From Candidatus Krumholzibacteriota bacterium (GTDB lineage Bacteria; Krumholzibacteriota; Krumholzibacteriia; JAJRXK01), in contig CAVSGG010000008.1 of the NCBI GenBank assembly GCA_963727455.1, positions 320,001 to 384,000 of the forward strand: DNA of 64,000 nt, given 5' to 3'. Shown here piece after piece: positions 52,456 through 62,793 of this stretch; position 1 is the stretch's first letter, and each line of letters opens with the position of its first letter. The notes beneath the pieces were generated by a model. It saw only the letters and a list, made by a program, of their open reading frames with translations, ran no database searches and was not told where the DNA came from. The translations under genes and the position numbers were made by a program.

Positions 52456-53013
52456 GTGCCACTCGTGACGAGAGAAATCCAGATCGCCCTGCTGCGCGGC
52501 ATCAACGTCGGCGGACACAACAAGTTGCCCATGCGCGAGCTGCGCTCGCTGTGCGAGGAGTTGGGCTGGCAAGATGTCCGATCCTACATCCAGAGCGGAA
52601 ATCTGGTGTTTCGATCCTCCTCCCCACGATCCCTCTTGGAGCAGACGCTCGAGAAGGCCATCGAGGAACACTTCGGCTATTCGATCAGTGTCCTGGTTCG
52701 ATCGGCGAGGGCCTGGTCGGGTCTTCTGAGGAGCAATCCCTTTCCAAAGGAGTCCGAAATGGGGCCCAATCACGTGATGCTCCTGCTCTCCAAGATAGCT
52801 CCCGAAAGGAACGCGGTGCGCGAGCTGACTCCCTACGCGAACAACGGAGAGTGTCTGCGGCGGATAAAAAGCGCGTTGTGGATCCACTACCCGAACGGCG
52901 CCGGAACTTCGAAATTGACCCCTTCCGTCCTGGCCCGCTGCATGGGCTCGCCGGTGACCGCTCGCAACTGGCGCACCGCACTCAAACTGGAGGAAATGGC
53001 GCGATCGTCCTAG
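52456..53013 (+). CDS. DUF1697 family protein
   Basis: LLRGINVGG, YIQSGN, TARNWRT. Confidence 0.88.
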   Translation: MPLVTREIQIALLRGINVGGHNKLPMRELRSLCEELGWQDVRSYIQSGNLVFRSSSPRSLLEQTLEKAIEEHFGYSISVLVRSARAWSGLLRSNPFPKESEMGPNHVMLLLSKIAPERNAVRELTPYANNGECLRRIKSALWIHYPNGAGTSKLTPSVLARCMGSPVTARNWRTALKLEEMARSS

Positions 53014-53050
53014 ACTCCCGCTTGGCTTCCCCGCTCTCGAGGAGAACTTC

Positions 53051-54082
53051 GTGAGAAGACTTTCCGCATTGACTGCCACCCTCGTCGCGTTGCTCTGCGC
53101 CGCCAGCGCGAGTCAGGCTGCTCCCTCCCTGAAAGAGTACTTCGACAACTCGGGGCGAAACGACGTGATCGGCGGCGGCGTCCGCATGATTCCCGTCAGT
53201 ACGCCCAAGGGAGAGTTTCAGGTCTGGACCAAACGGACCGGCAACAACCCCACGATCAAAGTGCTCTTGCTGCACGGCGGACCGGGGATGACCCACGAGT
53301 ATCTCGAGGCCTTCGACAGCTATTTCCCGGGCGCGGGAATCGAGTACTACTACTACGACCAGCTGGGCTCCTTCTTCAGCGATCAGCCGGACGATCCCGA
53401 TCTCTGGACCATTCCGCGTTTCGTCGAGGAAGTCGAGCAGGTCCGGCAGGCTCTCGGTCTGAACAAAGACAACTTCTATCTCTACGGTCACTCCTGGGGC
53501 GGGATCCTGGCCCTGGAGTACGCCCTGAAGTACCAGCAACATCTGAAGGGACTGATCATCTCGAACATGATGGCCTCAGCTCCCGCCTACAACGACTACG
53601 CGCATAAGGTGCTGATGCCGCAGATGGACCAGGCTGCTCTGAAGAAAATCGAGCAGTTCGAGGCCGACGGGAAGACCGACGACCCGCAGTACATGGGACT
53701 TCTGATGCCCAATTGGTATACGGTGCACATTCTGCGCATGCCGGCAAACCAATGGCCGAACCCGGTGAACCGCGCAATCCAGTACCTCAACCCGAAGATC
53801 TACGTGCTGATGCAGGGACCAAGCGAGATGGGACTCTCGGGCAGACTCGCCAACTGGGACCGCACCGCCGATCTGCCCAAGCTCGAGGTGCCAACCCTGA
53901 CGATCGGATCGAAGTACGGCACCATGGATCCCGATCACATGAAGATGATGGCCCAGAAGGTGCAGAACGGGCGCTTTCTGCTCTGTCCCAACGGAAGCCA
54001 CTTGGCAATGTACGATGATCAGAAGATCTATATGAAGGGGCTTATCCAGTTCTTGAAGGACGTTGACGCCGGACGCTTCTAA
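53051..54082 (+). CDS. Secreted proline iminopeptidase-family hydrolase (S33)
   Basis: Signal peptide; HGGPG, YDQLG, GHSWGG, GSH. Confidence 0.9.
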   Translation: MRRLSALTATLVALLCAASASQAAPSLKEYFDNSGRNDVIGGGVRMIPVSTPKGEFQVWTKRTGNNPTIKVLLLHGGPGMTHEYLEAFDSYFPGAGIEYYYYDQLGSFFSDQPDDPDLWTIPRFVEEVEQVRQALGLNKDNFYLYGHSWGGILALEYALKYQQHLKGLIISNMMASAPAYNDYAHKVLMPQMDQAALKKIEQFEADGKTDDPQYMGLLMPNWYTVHILRMPANQWPNPVNRAIQYLNPKIYVLMQGPSEMGLSGRLANWDRTADLPKLEVPTLTIGSKYGTMDPDHMKMMAQKVQNGRFLLCPNGSHLAMYDDQKIYMKGLIQFLKDVDAGRF

Positions 54083-54160
54083 AGGGAGAGTGGATTCTGC
54101 AGCCTCGTTTTGTGGTGAGAAGACTGAACAGGGTGAGTCCTGGGCCAGGAGGATCTCCGG

Positions 54161-54853
54161 ATGAAATCGGTGCGAAGCCTGGCTCTCGCTTTCGGGATCT
54201 ACTTCGTTCTGTACCTGAGCTATCTGGCGTGGTGGCCTGAGAGCGAACTCCTCCACTGGCTCACGCTGGTCGCAATGCCACTCACCCTCTTGAGAATTTT
54301 GCTGCGCAGGCCCTCGGGATTGCCTTCTCTGCGCGAGGCCTTGCGAGCAGCTGGTTTCTCGGGCCGCCCAAGGGCGCGGGGGATCGTTGCGGCTTTGCTC
54401 GTTGGAGTCCTACTCAGTGGACTGCAATTGGCCGGACGGAACGCCAACGAGATTCAGGATCTGATCCTGTCACCTCGAGTTCTGTGGCTGTGGCCGCTGT
54501 CGTTTTTCATGATGCTCTTGACCGCTGCCACCACCGAGGAATTCTTCTTTCGGGGGATTCTGCTGAAGCGATGCAGTGCCGCGACCGGATCGAAATGGTT
54601 GAGTGTGGGAATCACCTCGATACTCTTCGCGCTCTATCATGTGCCCTACGCCTATCACCTTGCGGCGTGGGGCACGCAGTTCGACCTGAGCGGCGCACTG
54701 CGATCCGCATTCGAGACGGGTTTCCCACTGGGAATTCTCTTGGGAAGTGTCTTCGTCATTGCTGGCGAGAATACGCTTGCATCCATTCTCGCCCACGCGC
54801 TGATCAACTCCCTACCCGGGATGCTGATCGTTCAGAGCTTCTTCGGATCGTAG
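54161..54853 (+). CDS. CPBP/CAAX (Abi) intramembrane metalloprotease
   Basis: EEFFFRG, FALYH, HALIN. Confidence 0.88.
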   Translation: MKSVRSLALAFGIYFVLYLSYLAWWPESELLHWLTLVAMPLTLLRILLRRPSGLPSLREALRAAGFSGRPRARGIVAALLVGVLLSGLQLAGRNANEIQDLILSPRVLWLWPLSFFMMLLTAATTEEFFFRGILLKRCSAATGSKWLSVGITSILFALYHVPYAYHLAAWGTQFDLSGALRSAFETGFPLGILLGSVFVIAGENTLASILAHALINSLPGMLIVQSFFGS

Positions 54854-54891
54854 CCGCAAATGCTGGAAACCAGGAAGACGGAGGTCTAGCC

Positions 54892-55098
54892 GTGAAAACG
54901 AGGAACTATCTCCTGCAAGCTACTGTCACCGCCTGCGTAGCCTTCGTAGTCTCCGCAGCCGTAACGTATTTCTACCGCCTCATCGTGCACGGCCAAGCTG
55001 CGGTAAACTGGGAGACTGCGTTCGACTTGGCGATCGTACTGGGAGTTGTCCTGCCGCTGGTCAGCGCAAGAGGCTCAGCAGTTCGCCAAAAGAACTGA
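54892..55098 (+). CDS. Small two-TM membrane protein
   Basis: GGAGGT RBS, GTG start, two hydrophobic helices. Confidence 0.6.
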   Translation: MKTRNYLLQATVTACVAFVVSAAVTYFYRLIVHGQAAVNWETAFDLAIVLGVVLPLVSARGSAVRQKN

Positions 55099-55714
55099 GG
55101 AGAGCATGGGGCTTCGCCGCGCGGAGGTCTTCCACGCGCCCGATGCCATAGCTGAACGCGATGGAAATGCAGCCGAGCGCATGAGCCGCTTTGATGTCGT
55201 TCGGGGAGTCGCCGACCATCCAAGCCTCCTTCGCACCCACCTTCAGCTCGTCCAGTACCAGCTGCAAAAGATCAGGAGCCGGTTTCACGGGTACCCCCCG
55301 GCGCGCTCCTACGATCGCGTCGACGTAAGGCGCCAGCCCGACACCCTCGACCACCCGCGCCGTAAACTCGTCAGGCTTGTTGCTCGCCACTCCCATGCGC
55401 AGCCCGCGCGCGCGCAACACCGCCAGAGTCGACGCGACCTCTGGATACGCCTGCGTGTGATCCAGCAGATGTTGCGCGTAGAAATCACGGAAACGCAGGA
55501 GCGCCGTGTCGACTTCGGGGCCATCCTCGCCCAGCGCTCGAGCAACCAGCATTCGAGCTCCATCCCCGATGTAGCCGCGCACGGTTTCCTCGGGCAGGGG
55601 CGGCAGGCCGCGCTCTTGCAGCATCAGATTGCAGGCCACCGTGAGATCGGCGACCGAGTCGACGAGGGTCCCATCGAGATCGAAGCAGATCGCACGGGGT
55701 GGGCGGAAGTTCAT
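55061..55714 (-). CDS. HAD-IA hydrolase, phosphoglycolate phosphatase-like
   Basis: FDLDGTLVDS, SNK, KPAP, VGDSPND. Confidence 0.88.
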   Translation of the reverse strand: MNFRPPRAICFDLDGTLVDSVADLTVACNLMLQERGLPPLPEETVRGYIGDGARMLVARALGEDGPEVDTALLRFRDFYAQHLLDHTQAYPEVASTLAVLRARGLRMGVASNKPDEFTARVVEGVGLAPYVDAIVGARRGVPVKPAPDLLQLVLDELKVGAKEAWMVGDSPNDIKAAHALGCISIAFSYGIGRVEDLRAAKPHALLSSFGELLSLLR

Positions 55715-55821
55715 GCTGGGAATCCTACCTTCCAGTGTCGTCCTGCGCAAGAAAGGCGTAGCAGAGCCGAAAGCACGGTGCAAATGGCGCGAAATCTCCC
55801 TGCGATTCCCGCGAGCATGTC

Positions 55822-55851
55822 TTGAAAAGTCCCGGAATCAGGGGATATACT
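55822..55851 (+). promoter_or_regulatory. Sigma70-type promoter
   Basis: TTGAAA-18-TATACT. Confidence 0.6.
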
Positions 55852-55857
55852 CGGCGC

Positions 55858-56225
55858 AGCTCCTTCAACCGAGTGCACCCCTGAACGCCAATGCGTTGGC
55901 GATCTTGCTCGGTAGGAACTGGGGAAGCGATCTCGCCAACGGTGCCCTCGTCGAGGGCCGGTTCGACACCACCGACTGCGGGATCGTCGGCCGAGGGGTT
56001 GCGAGCACCGACATCTGCTCGACGTCCGGATGCCCATGCGATGCAGAGACCGGACCACGGATTCTGACTCGCATCCATCGTGGCCCCGCCACATTGGCTC
56101 CTTTGCTCTGCAACCGCTTTGACATGGCGACCCTTCGGCTTCCCCAGGAGTTTTCGACCCAAGGCCTCTTCCTTCTTGACGATCGCGCGGGCTCCCTCTA
56201 AGGAGAGGGAGCCCCGTTCGTTTCC
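55858..56225 (+). ncRNA. Candidate structured ncRNA or long cis-regulatory leader
   Basis: Nested long-range stems (CTGGGGAAGC/GCTTCCCCAG, TCGCCA/TGGCGA, GGTTGCGAGCA/TGCTCTGCAACC) between a promoter and a terminator hairpin. Confidence 0.5.
56189..56223 (+). terminator. Terminator-like hairpin before the SPOR gene
   Basis: Perfect 11-bp stem GGGCTCCCTCT-AAGG-AGAGGGAGCCC followed by CGTTCGTTT. Confidence 0.6.
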
Positions 56226-56244
56226 CTTCGGGAGGTTTTGCAAG

Positions 56245-56892
56245 ATGGCACGCGAAGACACTCCAGATCGCCGTCCCCTGCTCTACGGCATCGCAGCCCT
56301 TCTCATCTTGTGCGCCGCGCTCTTCCTCTTTTGGCCTCGGGGCCCCAAGAACGAGCTCAGCACGATGACCCTCACCCCGCCGAGCGCGGAGAACCAAGTC
56401 CAGGCCGGGCAGGTGAACCCCGAGGACTCAGCCACCACCACCGCCAAGGAAGCGATGAATTCCGAGGAGACACCCAGGGAGAGCCTCTCTGGGGAGCAAC
56501 AGGAGCCTCAGTCCACCACCCCGAAGCAGAGCTCGCCCGAACCGAGCTCTGCGAGCACGGTGACCCCGGCAAAGACCGTGAGTTCGAGTCCGGCGCCAGC
56601 GAGCCACGAGAAGGCCCCGCAGAAGCTCAGCAGCGGTCTGGTGCAGCCGACCTCCACGGGCCGCTATCTGCTCAATCTCGGCTCTTTCGGTAGCCATTCC
56701 AACGCCCAGCGGCGGGTGGACGAGCTGCGAGCGAACGGCGTGCCCGCCGACGTGGCCCAGGGGACCAAGCCTGACGGCAGCCCGATCTACCGGGTGCGCG
56801 TCGCATACTTCGAGGGACACAGCCTGGCCAAGGCCTACGGTGAAGACTTGAAACGACGCCTGGGTCTGGATTACTGGATCTCCGAGCGCTGA
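56245..56892 (+). CDS. SPOR domain protein (TM anchor, linker, SPOR)
   Basis: N-terminal TM, S/T/P-rich linker, YLLNLGSF...NA, YRVRV; GGAGG RBS. Confidence 0.85.
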   Translation: MAREDTPDRRPLLYGIAALLILCAALFLFWPRGPKNELSTMTLTPPSAENQVQAGQVNPEDSATTTAKEAMNSEETPRESLSGEQQEPQSTTPKQSSPEPSSASTVTPAKTVSSSPAPASHEKAPQKLSSGLVQPTSTGRYLLNLGSFGSHSNAQRRVDELRANGVPADVAQGTKPDGSPIYRVRVAYFEGHSLAKAYGEDLKRRLGLDYWISER

Positions 56893-57013
56893 GGCCCGAC
56901 ATAGCCCGGGTTTTCCAGTTCCGAAGGCGCCCTTTCGGCTCCCGCCGGTCCGCGATATACTGACCTTCGGACTTTCGATCTCCCTTTCGTTCAATTTTCG
57001 CCTGAGGTACGCC

Positions 57014-59161
57014 TTGCCGACGAAGCGGAATCCCAAACAAGCACCTTTCAAGAGCTTGGACCGCTCCGCCCTGCTCGCCGCCTACCGGACGATGGTCAGC
57101 GCGCGGGCGGTGGACGACGAGGAGATCAACCTCAAGCGAAAGAACCAGATCTTCTTCCAGATCTCCGGCGCCGGTCACGAGGCCGTCCTGGTGGCCGCCG
57201 GCATGGTTCTGCGGCCAGCCTATGACTACTTCCTTCCCTATTACCGCGACAGAGCTCTCTGTCTGCAGCTCGGCATGACCCCCTACGAGATGTTCTTGCA
57301 GGGCGTGGGCGCGCAGGACGATCCGAACAGCGGGGGGCGGCAGATGCCGGCTCACTGGGGTCACGCCGCCTTGAACATCGTGTCCAAGAGTTCCTGCACC
57401 GGCATGCAGACCCTGCACGCGGTGGGCGTCGCGGAGGCTGGGCGCTATCTCGAGAGCTTCGAGGAGGCGCGCGCCGGAGCAAGTGAATTCCACGTCGACG
57501 AAGTGGTCTACATGTCGGTGGGAGACGGCTCGATCAGCGAGGGAGAGTTCTGGGAAGGGCTCAATGGCGCCTGCAACCTGAAGCTCCCCGTTCTCATTCT
57601 CGTCGAAGACAACGGTTACGCCATCTCCACCCCCAACACGGTCCAGACGGCCGGGATCCCCGTGCACGAGCTGGTAGCCTCATATCCCAATCTCGGGGTG
57701 TGGAACGTGGATGGCACCGATTTCCGGGCCTCGTACGAGGTTCTCAAGGCGGCCGCCGCGCACTGTCGAGCGAGAAAAGGTCCCGCCCTCGTCCGCGCGA
57801 CGACGGTCCGCCCCTACTCTCATTCGATGAGTGACGATCAAAAACTCTACCGCAGCAAACAGGAACTCGAGGAAGAGGCGCGCTCGGATCCCCTGCACCG
57901 CATGCGCCGCGATCTCATCGAAAACGAAAGCGTGAAGGCGGAGGACTTGGATGCGTTGGAGGCGGAGTGCCGCGCCGATGTCAAGGAGGCCTCCCTCAGG
58001 GCACAGTCGGCACAAAAGCACTCTCCCAAAAACGCGTTGCTCTACCTCTACAGTGAGGAGCAGGATCCCGCCGGGCCAAAGTTCGATACTCCCGAGGACG
58101 CGAAGTCGGAGGGCGGCAACGGAACCGGCGGCGAAAAACCCATCTCCATGCTGGAGGCGATCAACCGCACCCTGCACGATGAAATGGCGCGCGATGCACG
58201 GATACTCGTGTTTGGTGAGGACGTGGCCGATGCTACCAAAGAAGAGGTCCTGAGCGAGTGCAAGGGCAAGGGCGGAGTGTTCAAGGCCACCGCCGGGCTC
58301 CAGCGTGCCTTCGGGCCCGAGCGCGTCTTCAACTCCCCGCTGGCCGAAGCCAGCATCGTCGGTCGCGCAGTGGGAATGGCCACGCGCGGACTCAAGCCAG
58401 TCGTCGAGATCCAGTTCCTCGACTATATCTGGCCCGCTTACATGCAAATCAAGAACGAGCTTTCCACCATGCGCTGGCGATCCTACAACAACTGGAAAGC
58501 CCCGGTTGTGGTACGCGTCGCGGCCGGAGGATACCTACAGGGCGGCGCGATGTATCACAGCCAGAGCGGGGTGAACCTCTTCGCCAGCATTCCCGGCCTC
58601 CGGGTGGTCATGCCCAGCGAGGCCCGCGATGCCGTCGGACTCCTTCGAACCGCAATTCGCTGCGACGATCCGGTGATCTTCCTCGAGCACAAGCACCTCT
58701 ACCGACAGCCCTATGGAAAGTCGCTCTACCCAGGATCGAATTTCATGATTCCCTTCGGGAAGGCGCGGCTGCACCAGGAAGGAAGCGAGGTCACCATCGT
58801 GACCTATGGCGCCCTCGTGCATCGCAGTGAGCTGGCCGCCAAGCAACTGCAGAAGGAGACTGGGCTGTCCGCGGAGATCCTGGATCTGCGTTCTTTGAGT
58901 CCCTGGGATCATGAGGCGGTAGCCGAGAGCGTACGCAAGACCAACCGCTGCGTGGTGGTCTACGAGGACCCCAAGAGCCTGGGTTATGGAGCCGAAATCG
59001 CGGCCTGGATCGCCGACGAACTTTTCGAATATCTCGATGCTCCGGTACGACGCGTCGCGGCGCTCGATACGCACATCGCGTACGAGACAGAAACGGAGAG
59101 GGCGACGCTTCCCCAAACCGAAGACGTCGCCCAGGCACTCCGCGAAATCGCGCGCTACTAG
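57014..59161 (+). CDS. Fused E1 alpha/beta 2-oxoacid dehydrogenase (probably branched-chain)
   Basis: [29 protein letters not shown] motif, [20 protein letters not shown]. Confidence 0.92.
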   Translation: MPTKRNPKQAPFKSLDRSALLAAYRTMVSARAVDDEEINLKRKNQIFFQISGAGHEAVLVAAGMVLRPAYDYFLPYYRDRALCLQLGMTPYEMFLQGVGAQDDPNSGGRQMPAHWGHAALNIVSKSSCTGMQTLHAVGVAEAGRYLESFEEARAGASEFHVDEVVYMSVGDGSISEGEFWEGLNGACNLKLPVLILVEDNGYAISTPNTVQTAGIPVHELVASYPNLGVWNVDGTDFRASYEVLKAAAAHCRARKGPALVRATTVRPYSHSMSDDQKLYRSKQELEEEARSDPLHRMRRDLIENESVKAEDLDALEAECRADVKEASLRAQSAQKHSPKNALLYLYSEEQDPAGPKFDTPEDAKSEGGNGTGGEKPISMLEAINRTLHDEMARDARILVFGEDVADATKEEVLSECKGKGGVFKATAGLQRAFGPERVFNSPLAEASIVGRAVGMATRGLKPVVEIQFLDYIWPAYMQIKNELSTMRWRSYNNWKAPVVVRVAAGGYLQGGAMYHSQSGVNLFASIPGLRVVMPSEARDAVGLLRTAIRCDDPVIFLEHKHLYRQPYGKSLYPGSNFMIPFGKARLHQEGSEVTIVTYGALVHRSELAAKQLQKETGLSAEILDLRSLSPWDHEAVAESVRKTNRCVVVYEDPKSLGYGAEIAAWIADELFEYLDAPVRRVAALDTHIAYETETERATLPQTEDVAQALREIARY

Positions 59162-59203
59162 AGCCTCAATTCCGCGCCATATTGAGAACCATGCGCTGGC
59201 AAG

Positions 59204-60568
59204 CTAGGATTCGCCCACCTGGATGGTCGTCGTGTGCTCGCTCATCTTCACCGGCTTGGCTTCCTCATCAGGAATCCCCAGATAGTCCGCAACGGACTGC
59301 GGCACTCTCGCATACCACATCGTCGCGGTAACCCGCACCGGTCCGCTCGCGATCTGCTCGGGAATGATCCAGCGGAATGACTCGTTGACGGCTTTCAACG
59401 GAGCGAGACGGTAATCCGGACCGAATCCGGCCGTGTTCCACTGCGCAATCGTCATCCGGCCCTGAGGATCGAGATAGGGTAGGCGGAAGATACGGTCGCC
59501 CGCGGGCACCGGCGCGTCTCTGAGCAGTCCCACGAACTGGTCGAGGTCCTGGATGTCTCCGATGTCCTGGTAGGCCATCGCCTCGGCCGACGCCACCGTC
59601 CATTCCTCACCTTCGAATCCCTTCGGCTCGACAGCCAGATGGTAGATCTTGCCTGCCGCATCGACGGCCTGCACGTCGAGCCACACCATTCTCTCCTCGG
59701 CCGAACCTGAGGGAATCATGTGCGCAGCTTTGGCGTTCACAACGGTTGCGGTGAAACGCGTTTCGTCACCCACTTGCACCTGTGCCCGCAAAGGGTGAAT
59801 GCGAACTTCCACGGCTCCGGCGAGCTTGCCCAGGTCGTGCGCGCCATGGAAGAGATGTTGACGGACATCCGGATGGTCCATGCCACCGGCGTCGGGAGCG
59901 GAATTCCCGGCCGCGGGCGGCATGTGGCAATCCTGGCACACGATGCCGGCCTTGGCCTGGGGACTGTCCTTCCATTCGAGATGCGTGGCCTTCACCCACA
60001 GACCCCAGGGGTCCTTTTCGTTGTGGCAAGTGCCGCAGAACTCGGCGCTCATGAGAAATGGGTTGGCTTTTATCGCATGGACCGGGCTCTCCGTTCCCTC
60101 GCGCACGCCCTGTTTGGCCCCTCCCGGCTGCACGATGAAGTTGAAGTTGAACGGCACTTCACCCTGAAATCCCGTGATGGAATGACAGAGATCGCAGCTC
60201 ACTCCCTCGTTGGCGCGCGTTCCTTCCGCGGGACGGCCAGGAGGGATGTCACCGGCGAGAAACGCCAGGGGCGCATGACATCCATTGCACCCCGCCTTGA
60301 CTCCCGCCACCTTCGCGAACTTCTCCGCGTGTGGCAGCGCCAGCTTGAAGTATTCGATCTCGTCCCAATCGTGAGTGAAACTCTGTGACATCATGGACTG
60401 TTCATATTGGGGCACGATGTCCACGTGACAATCGAGACAGGTCTGGTTGGGCTCGAAATCGCCGTAGCTCCTCGTGCCCAGTGCAGCATCCCCCGCCGGC
60501 GCGTCGGCATGAGCAACCCATGGCAAGACGCAGAAGAGGGTGAAAAGAACGAACACGGTCGACTTCAT
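59204..60568 (-). CDS. Periplasmic pentaheme c-type cytochrome (c554-like) with C-terminal beta domain
   Basis: Signal peptide; CLDCH, CNGCH, CDLCH, CGTCH, CQDCH; AHMIPSG. Confidence 0.88.
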   Translation of the reverse strand: MKSTVFVLFTLFCVLPWVAHADAPAGDAALGTRSYGDFEPNQTCLDCHVDIVPQYEQSMMSQSFTHDWDEIEYFKLALPHAEKFAKVAGVKAGCNGCHAPLAFLAGDIPPGRPAEGTRANEGVSCDLCHSITGFQGEVPFNFNFIVQPGGAKQGVREGTESPVHAIKANPFLMSAEFCGTCHNEKDPWGLWVKATHLEWKDSPQAKAGIVCQDCHMPPAAGNSAPDAGGMDHPDVRQHLFHGAHDLGKLAGAVEVRIHPLRAQVQVGDETRFTATVVNAKAAHMIPSGSAEERMVWLDVQAVDAAGKIYHLAVEPKGFEGEEWTVASAEAMAYQDIGDIQDLDQFVGLLRDAPVPAGDRIFRLPYLDPQGRMTIAQWNTAGFGPDYRLAPLKAVNESFRWIIPEQIASGPVRVTATMWYARVPQSVADYLGIPDEEAKPVKMSEHTTTIQVGES

Positions 60569-60736
60569 GGGTTTCCTCCTTGGCACTTGGGATCCACGGG
60601 AACTGTCCCAAGGATAGAGCCTCTTGGCGCTCGATCCTAGTCAGCTTTGCACGACGAGACTTCGTCACCGCATTGTGCTAAGCTTGAGCGGGAAGAGGCT
60701 CCTGATTCAAGCTGCGAAAGCCAGAAAGGGGAGCGC

Positions 60737-61429
60737 ATGCGTTTACCCGCTGTATGCTCTGGAGTTTTCACGCCGATCCGAGTCCTTGCGCTCGCCTCGC
60801 TCTTGCTTCTCGGCGCGGCCTCCTCCGCCAATGCTCGTTTCTACTCCGGTTGGATCGGGCTCTTTCTCGATCCCGCCGGCACGGTCAGCTATGTAGATAG
60901 CGGGAACTCCGGCGATCACTCCGATTTGGTGGAGGTTCTGCCGGACGGCGGACTGCGCTACACGGTCTACGTTTTGGGCAAGGATCTCCCACGGGGCACT
61001 TCGGCCTACGAGTTCGCCCTCAAACCAGCCTACTGGGCTGGCGGGTACTGGAATTCGCCCCCACTACTCTCCCCGAGTTTTCCCGAAGCTGCCGAATACT
61101 GGGAATGGAGCTCGACGGGGATCGAGCCCTACACGACGCAGATCAACTATGCCGTGGAGCTGGGGGAGTGTCTGCCCGCCGAGGGACTCATCACCCTGGC
61201 GACCATCGAAGTCCAGTATAACTACCTCGATTCGTTTGTTCTGTTCGTCGAGCTCGCGGAAGCCCGCACCAACTCGACCGTTGTCTACGATTACGGCTAT
61301 CGACCCTGCGATGCGGCAGGGCCCTTCGTACGCCTTCCCTTGCCTCTCGGTCAGACGGAGGCGGGGGTGTACTTGCCCGATCCGGCCGCGGAACTTTCCT
61401 GGGGACAGATGAAGGCACAGTTTCGTTGA
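60737..61429 (+). CDS. Secreted protein with C-terminal SWGxxK motif
   Basis: Signal peptide (ASSANA), IGLFLDPAG, ends ELSWGQMKAQFR. Confidence 0.8.
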   Translation: MRLPAVCSGVFTPIRVLALASLLLLGAASSANARFYSGWIGLFLDPAGTVSYVDSGNSGDHSDLVEVLPDGGLRYTVYVLGKDLPRGTSAYEFALKPAYWAGGYWNSPPLLSPSFPEAAEYWEWSSTGIEPYTTQINYAVELGECLPAEGLITLATIEVQYNYLDSFVLFVELAEARTNSTVVYDYGYRPCDAAGPFVRLPLPLGQTEAGVYLPDPAAELSWGQMKAQFR

Positions 61430-61466
61430 GTAGCGTGCACCACGCGGCCCGCGAGTGAGGGCTACC

Positions 61467-61886
61467 CTACTGTGGCGAAGCTGCGCGCCGAGCGAAGAAG
61501 AAGTAGAGCGCCGCCCACACGAAGTCACCCGCCGAAAGAAGACAATAGGCCAGGGCTCCCTGGGGACGGTGCCAGAATACGATCCCCAAAATTCCCAAGG
61601 CTCCGGTTACCCGCATGGCAATGGAGAGATCGACCAACGGCGGACAGCGTTGTGCGGTCTCCGCCGCGGTCAGATAGACCAGGGGAAGTACGAGCAGGGG
61701 CAAAGTCGCCAAACGGAACAGAAAGGGTGAGCATGGCAGTGGATGGGAGAAGAGCGAGAAGAGCCAGGTGGGCATGGCCAAAAGCAAGATGAACCAGAGC
61801 CAGTCGTAGAGCGCACTCAAACGCAAGACGAAAATCAACGGACGCAGGGAGCTCACTGGGATTTTTGGTGATTCCATAGGTCTCAC
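61467..61886 (-). CDS. Four-TM hypothetical membrane protein
   Basis: Four hydrophobic segments; RBS upstream. Confidence 0.65.
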   Translation of the reverse strand: MRPMESPKIPVSSLRPLIFVLRLSALYDWLWFILLLAMPTWLFSLFSHPLPCSPFLFRLATLPLLVLPLVYLTAAETAQRCPPLVDLSIAMRVTGALGILGIVFWHRPQGALAYCLLSAGDFVWAALYFFFARRAASPQ

Positions 61887-61910
61887 TCTCCCTTCGTTTT
61901 CATTCGGCCG

Positions 61911-62624
61911 CTAGATCCCGAAGAGGGTCTCTACCGTTCCTCCCAACACGTCTTCGCTCAGAAGGGCCTCGGCCATTCCCACGTGGAGTCGAGACCCCAT
62001 GGTACGTCTCTGTGCGAGCAGGATGTCCAGGATCGACTGCGGGCCGCGACCGATGGGCATCTGGCTCGCGTAGGCCTCAATGGCGCGCGTGAGCGTCTCT
62101 TCATGTTCGGAGACATCCACGACAAAACTGGGAGGCACCGTTTCGGGTAGCATGTAGTAGAAGAGCCGCTTCACTTGGTGAGGTTCTCCCTGTGGCAGAG
62201 CCCTGCGCAGGCGCGCCAGCTTGCAGCCATCGCGAGCCAAGAGACCCGCGGCGAGATGATCCACGTTGGCCCTGCCGTCGAGGTGACTGGCTCGATTGTC
62301 GGGATAGGGCGCCAGAACGAGGGTGGGACGGAGCTCTCGCAGGAGCTGCGCGATGCGCACTCGACTCTCTCGGTCGTTTTCGACACCCGTGTCTTTGAAG
62401 TCGAGGATTCGGTGTTCACAGCCCAGGATCCGCGCCGCTTCCGCCGCCTCGCGCGCTCGCCCTTTGGGCGTTCCCCAGCTGCCTGCCTCTCCGGCGGTGA
62501 GGGCGACAATCATGACTCGGCGTCCCACCGCGCTCATGGCAGCCAGGATTCCACCAATCGCCATTTCCGCGTCGTCGGGATGTGCGCCAATCACCAGCGC
62601 ATCGAGAGAATGCTGCTTGGACAT
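61911..62624 (-). CDS. PIG-L family deacetylase, BshB1-like
   Basis: AHPDDAE, TAGEAG, R..EAAEAARILG, DH, YASQ. Confidence 0.82.
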   Translation of the reverse strand: MSKQHSLDALVIGAHPDDAEMAIGGILAAMSAVGRRVMIVALTAGEAGSWGTPKGRAREAAEAARILGCEHRILDFKDTGVENDRESRVRIAQLLRELRPTLVLAPYPDNRASHLDGRANVDHLAAGLLARDGCKLARLRRALPQGEPHQVKRLFYYMLPETVPPSFVVDVSEHEETLTRAIEAYASQMPIGRGPQSILDILLAQRRTMGSRLHVGMAEALLSEDVLGGTVETLFGI

Positions 62625-62793
62625 GTCGTGATGGTATCCACAGGCCCCCCATGGCACAAGCTCTTCCATCTTGAAACGTGGCCTCATGCCCTCAACGCAC
62701 CGAGACTTGCGCTTTGCCACGGCCCCGATAGACTAGGGGCCCGTTGGGACAGAAGAGAGTTCATTTCAAGGCACCCTAAAGGAGAGAATTCCC

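Noticed and set aside
55858-56225. tmRNA, RNase P RNA or SRP identity
   Set aside because: No tRNA-like ends or tag ORF, no GAGGAAAGTCC motif and no SRP helix-8 motif seen; a divergent 6S cannot be excluded by eye.
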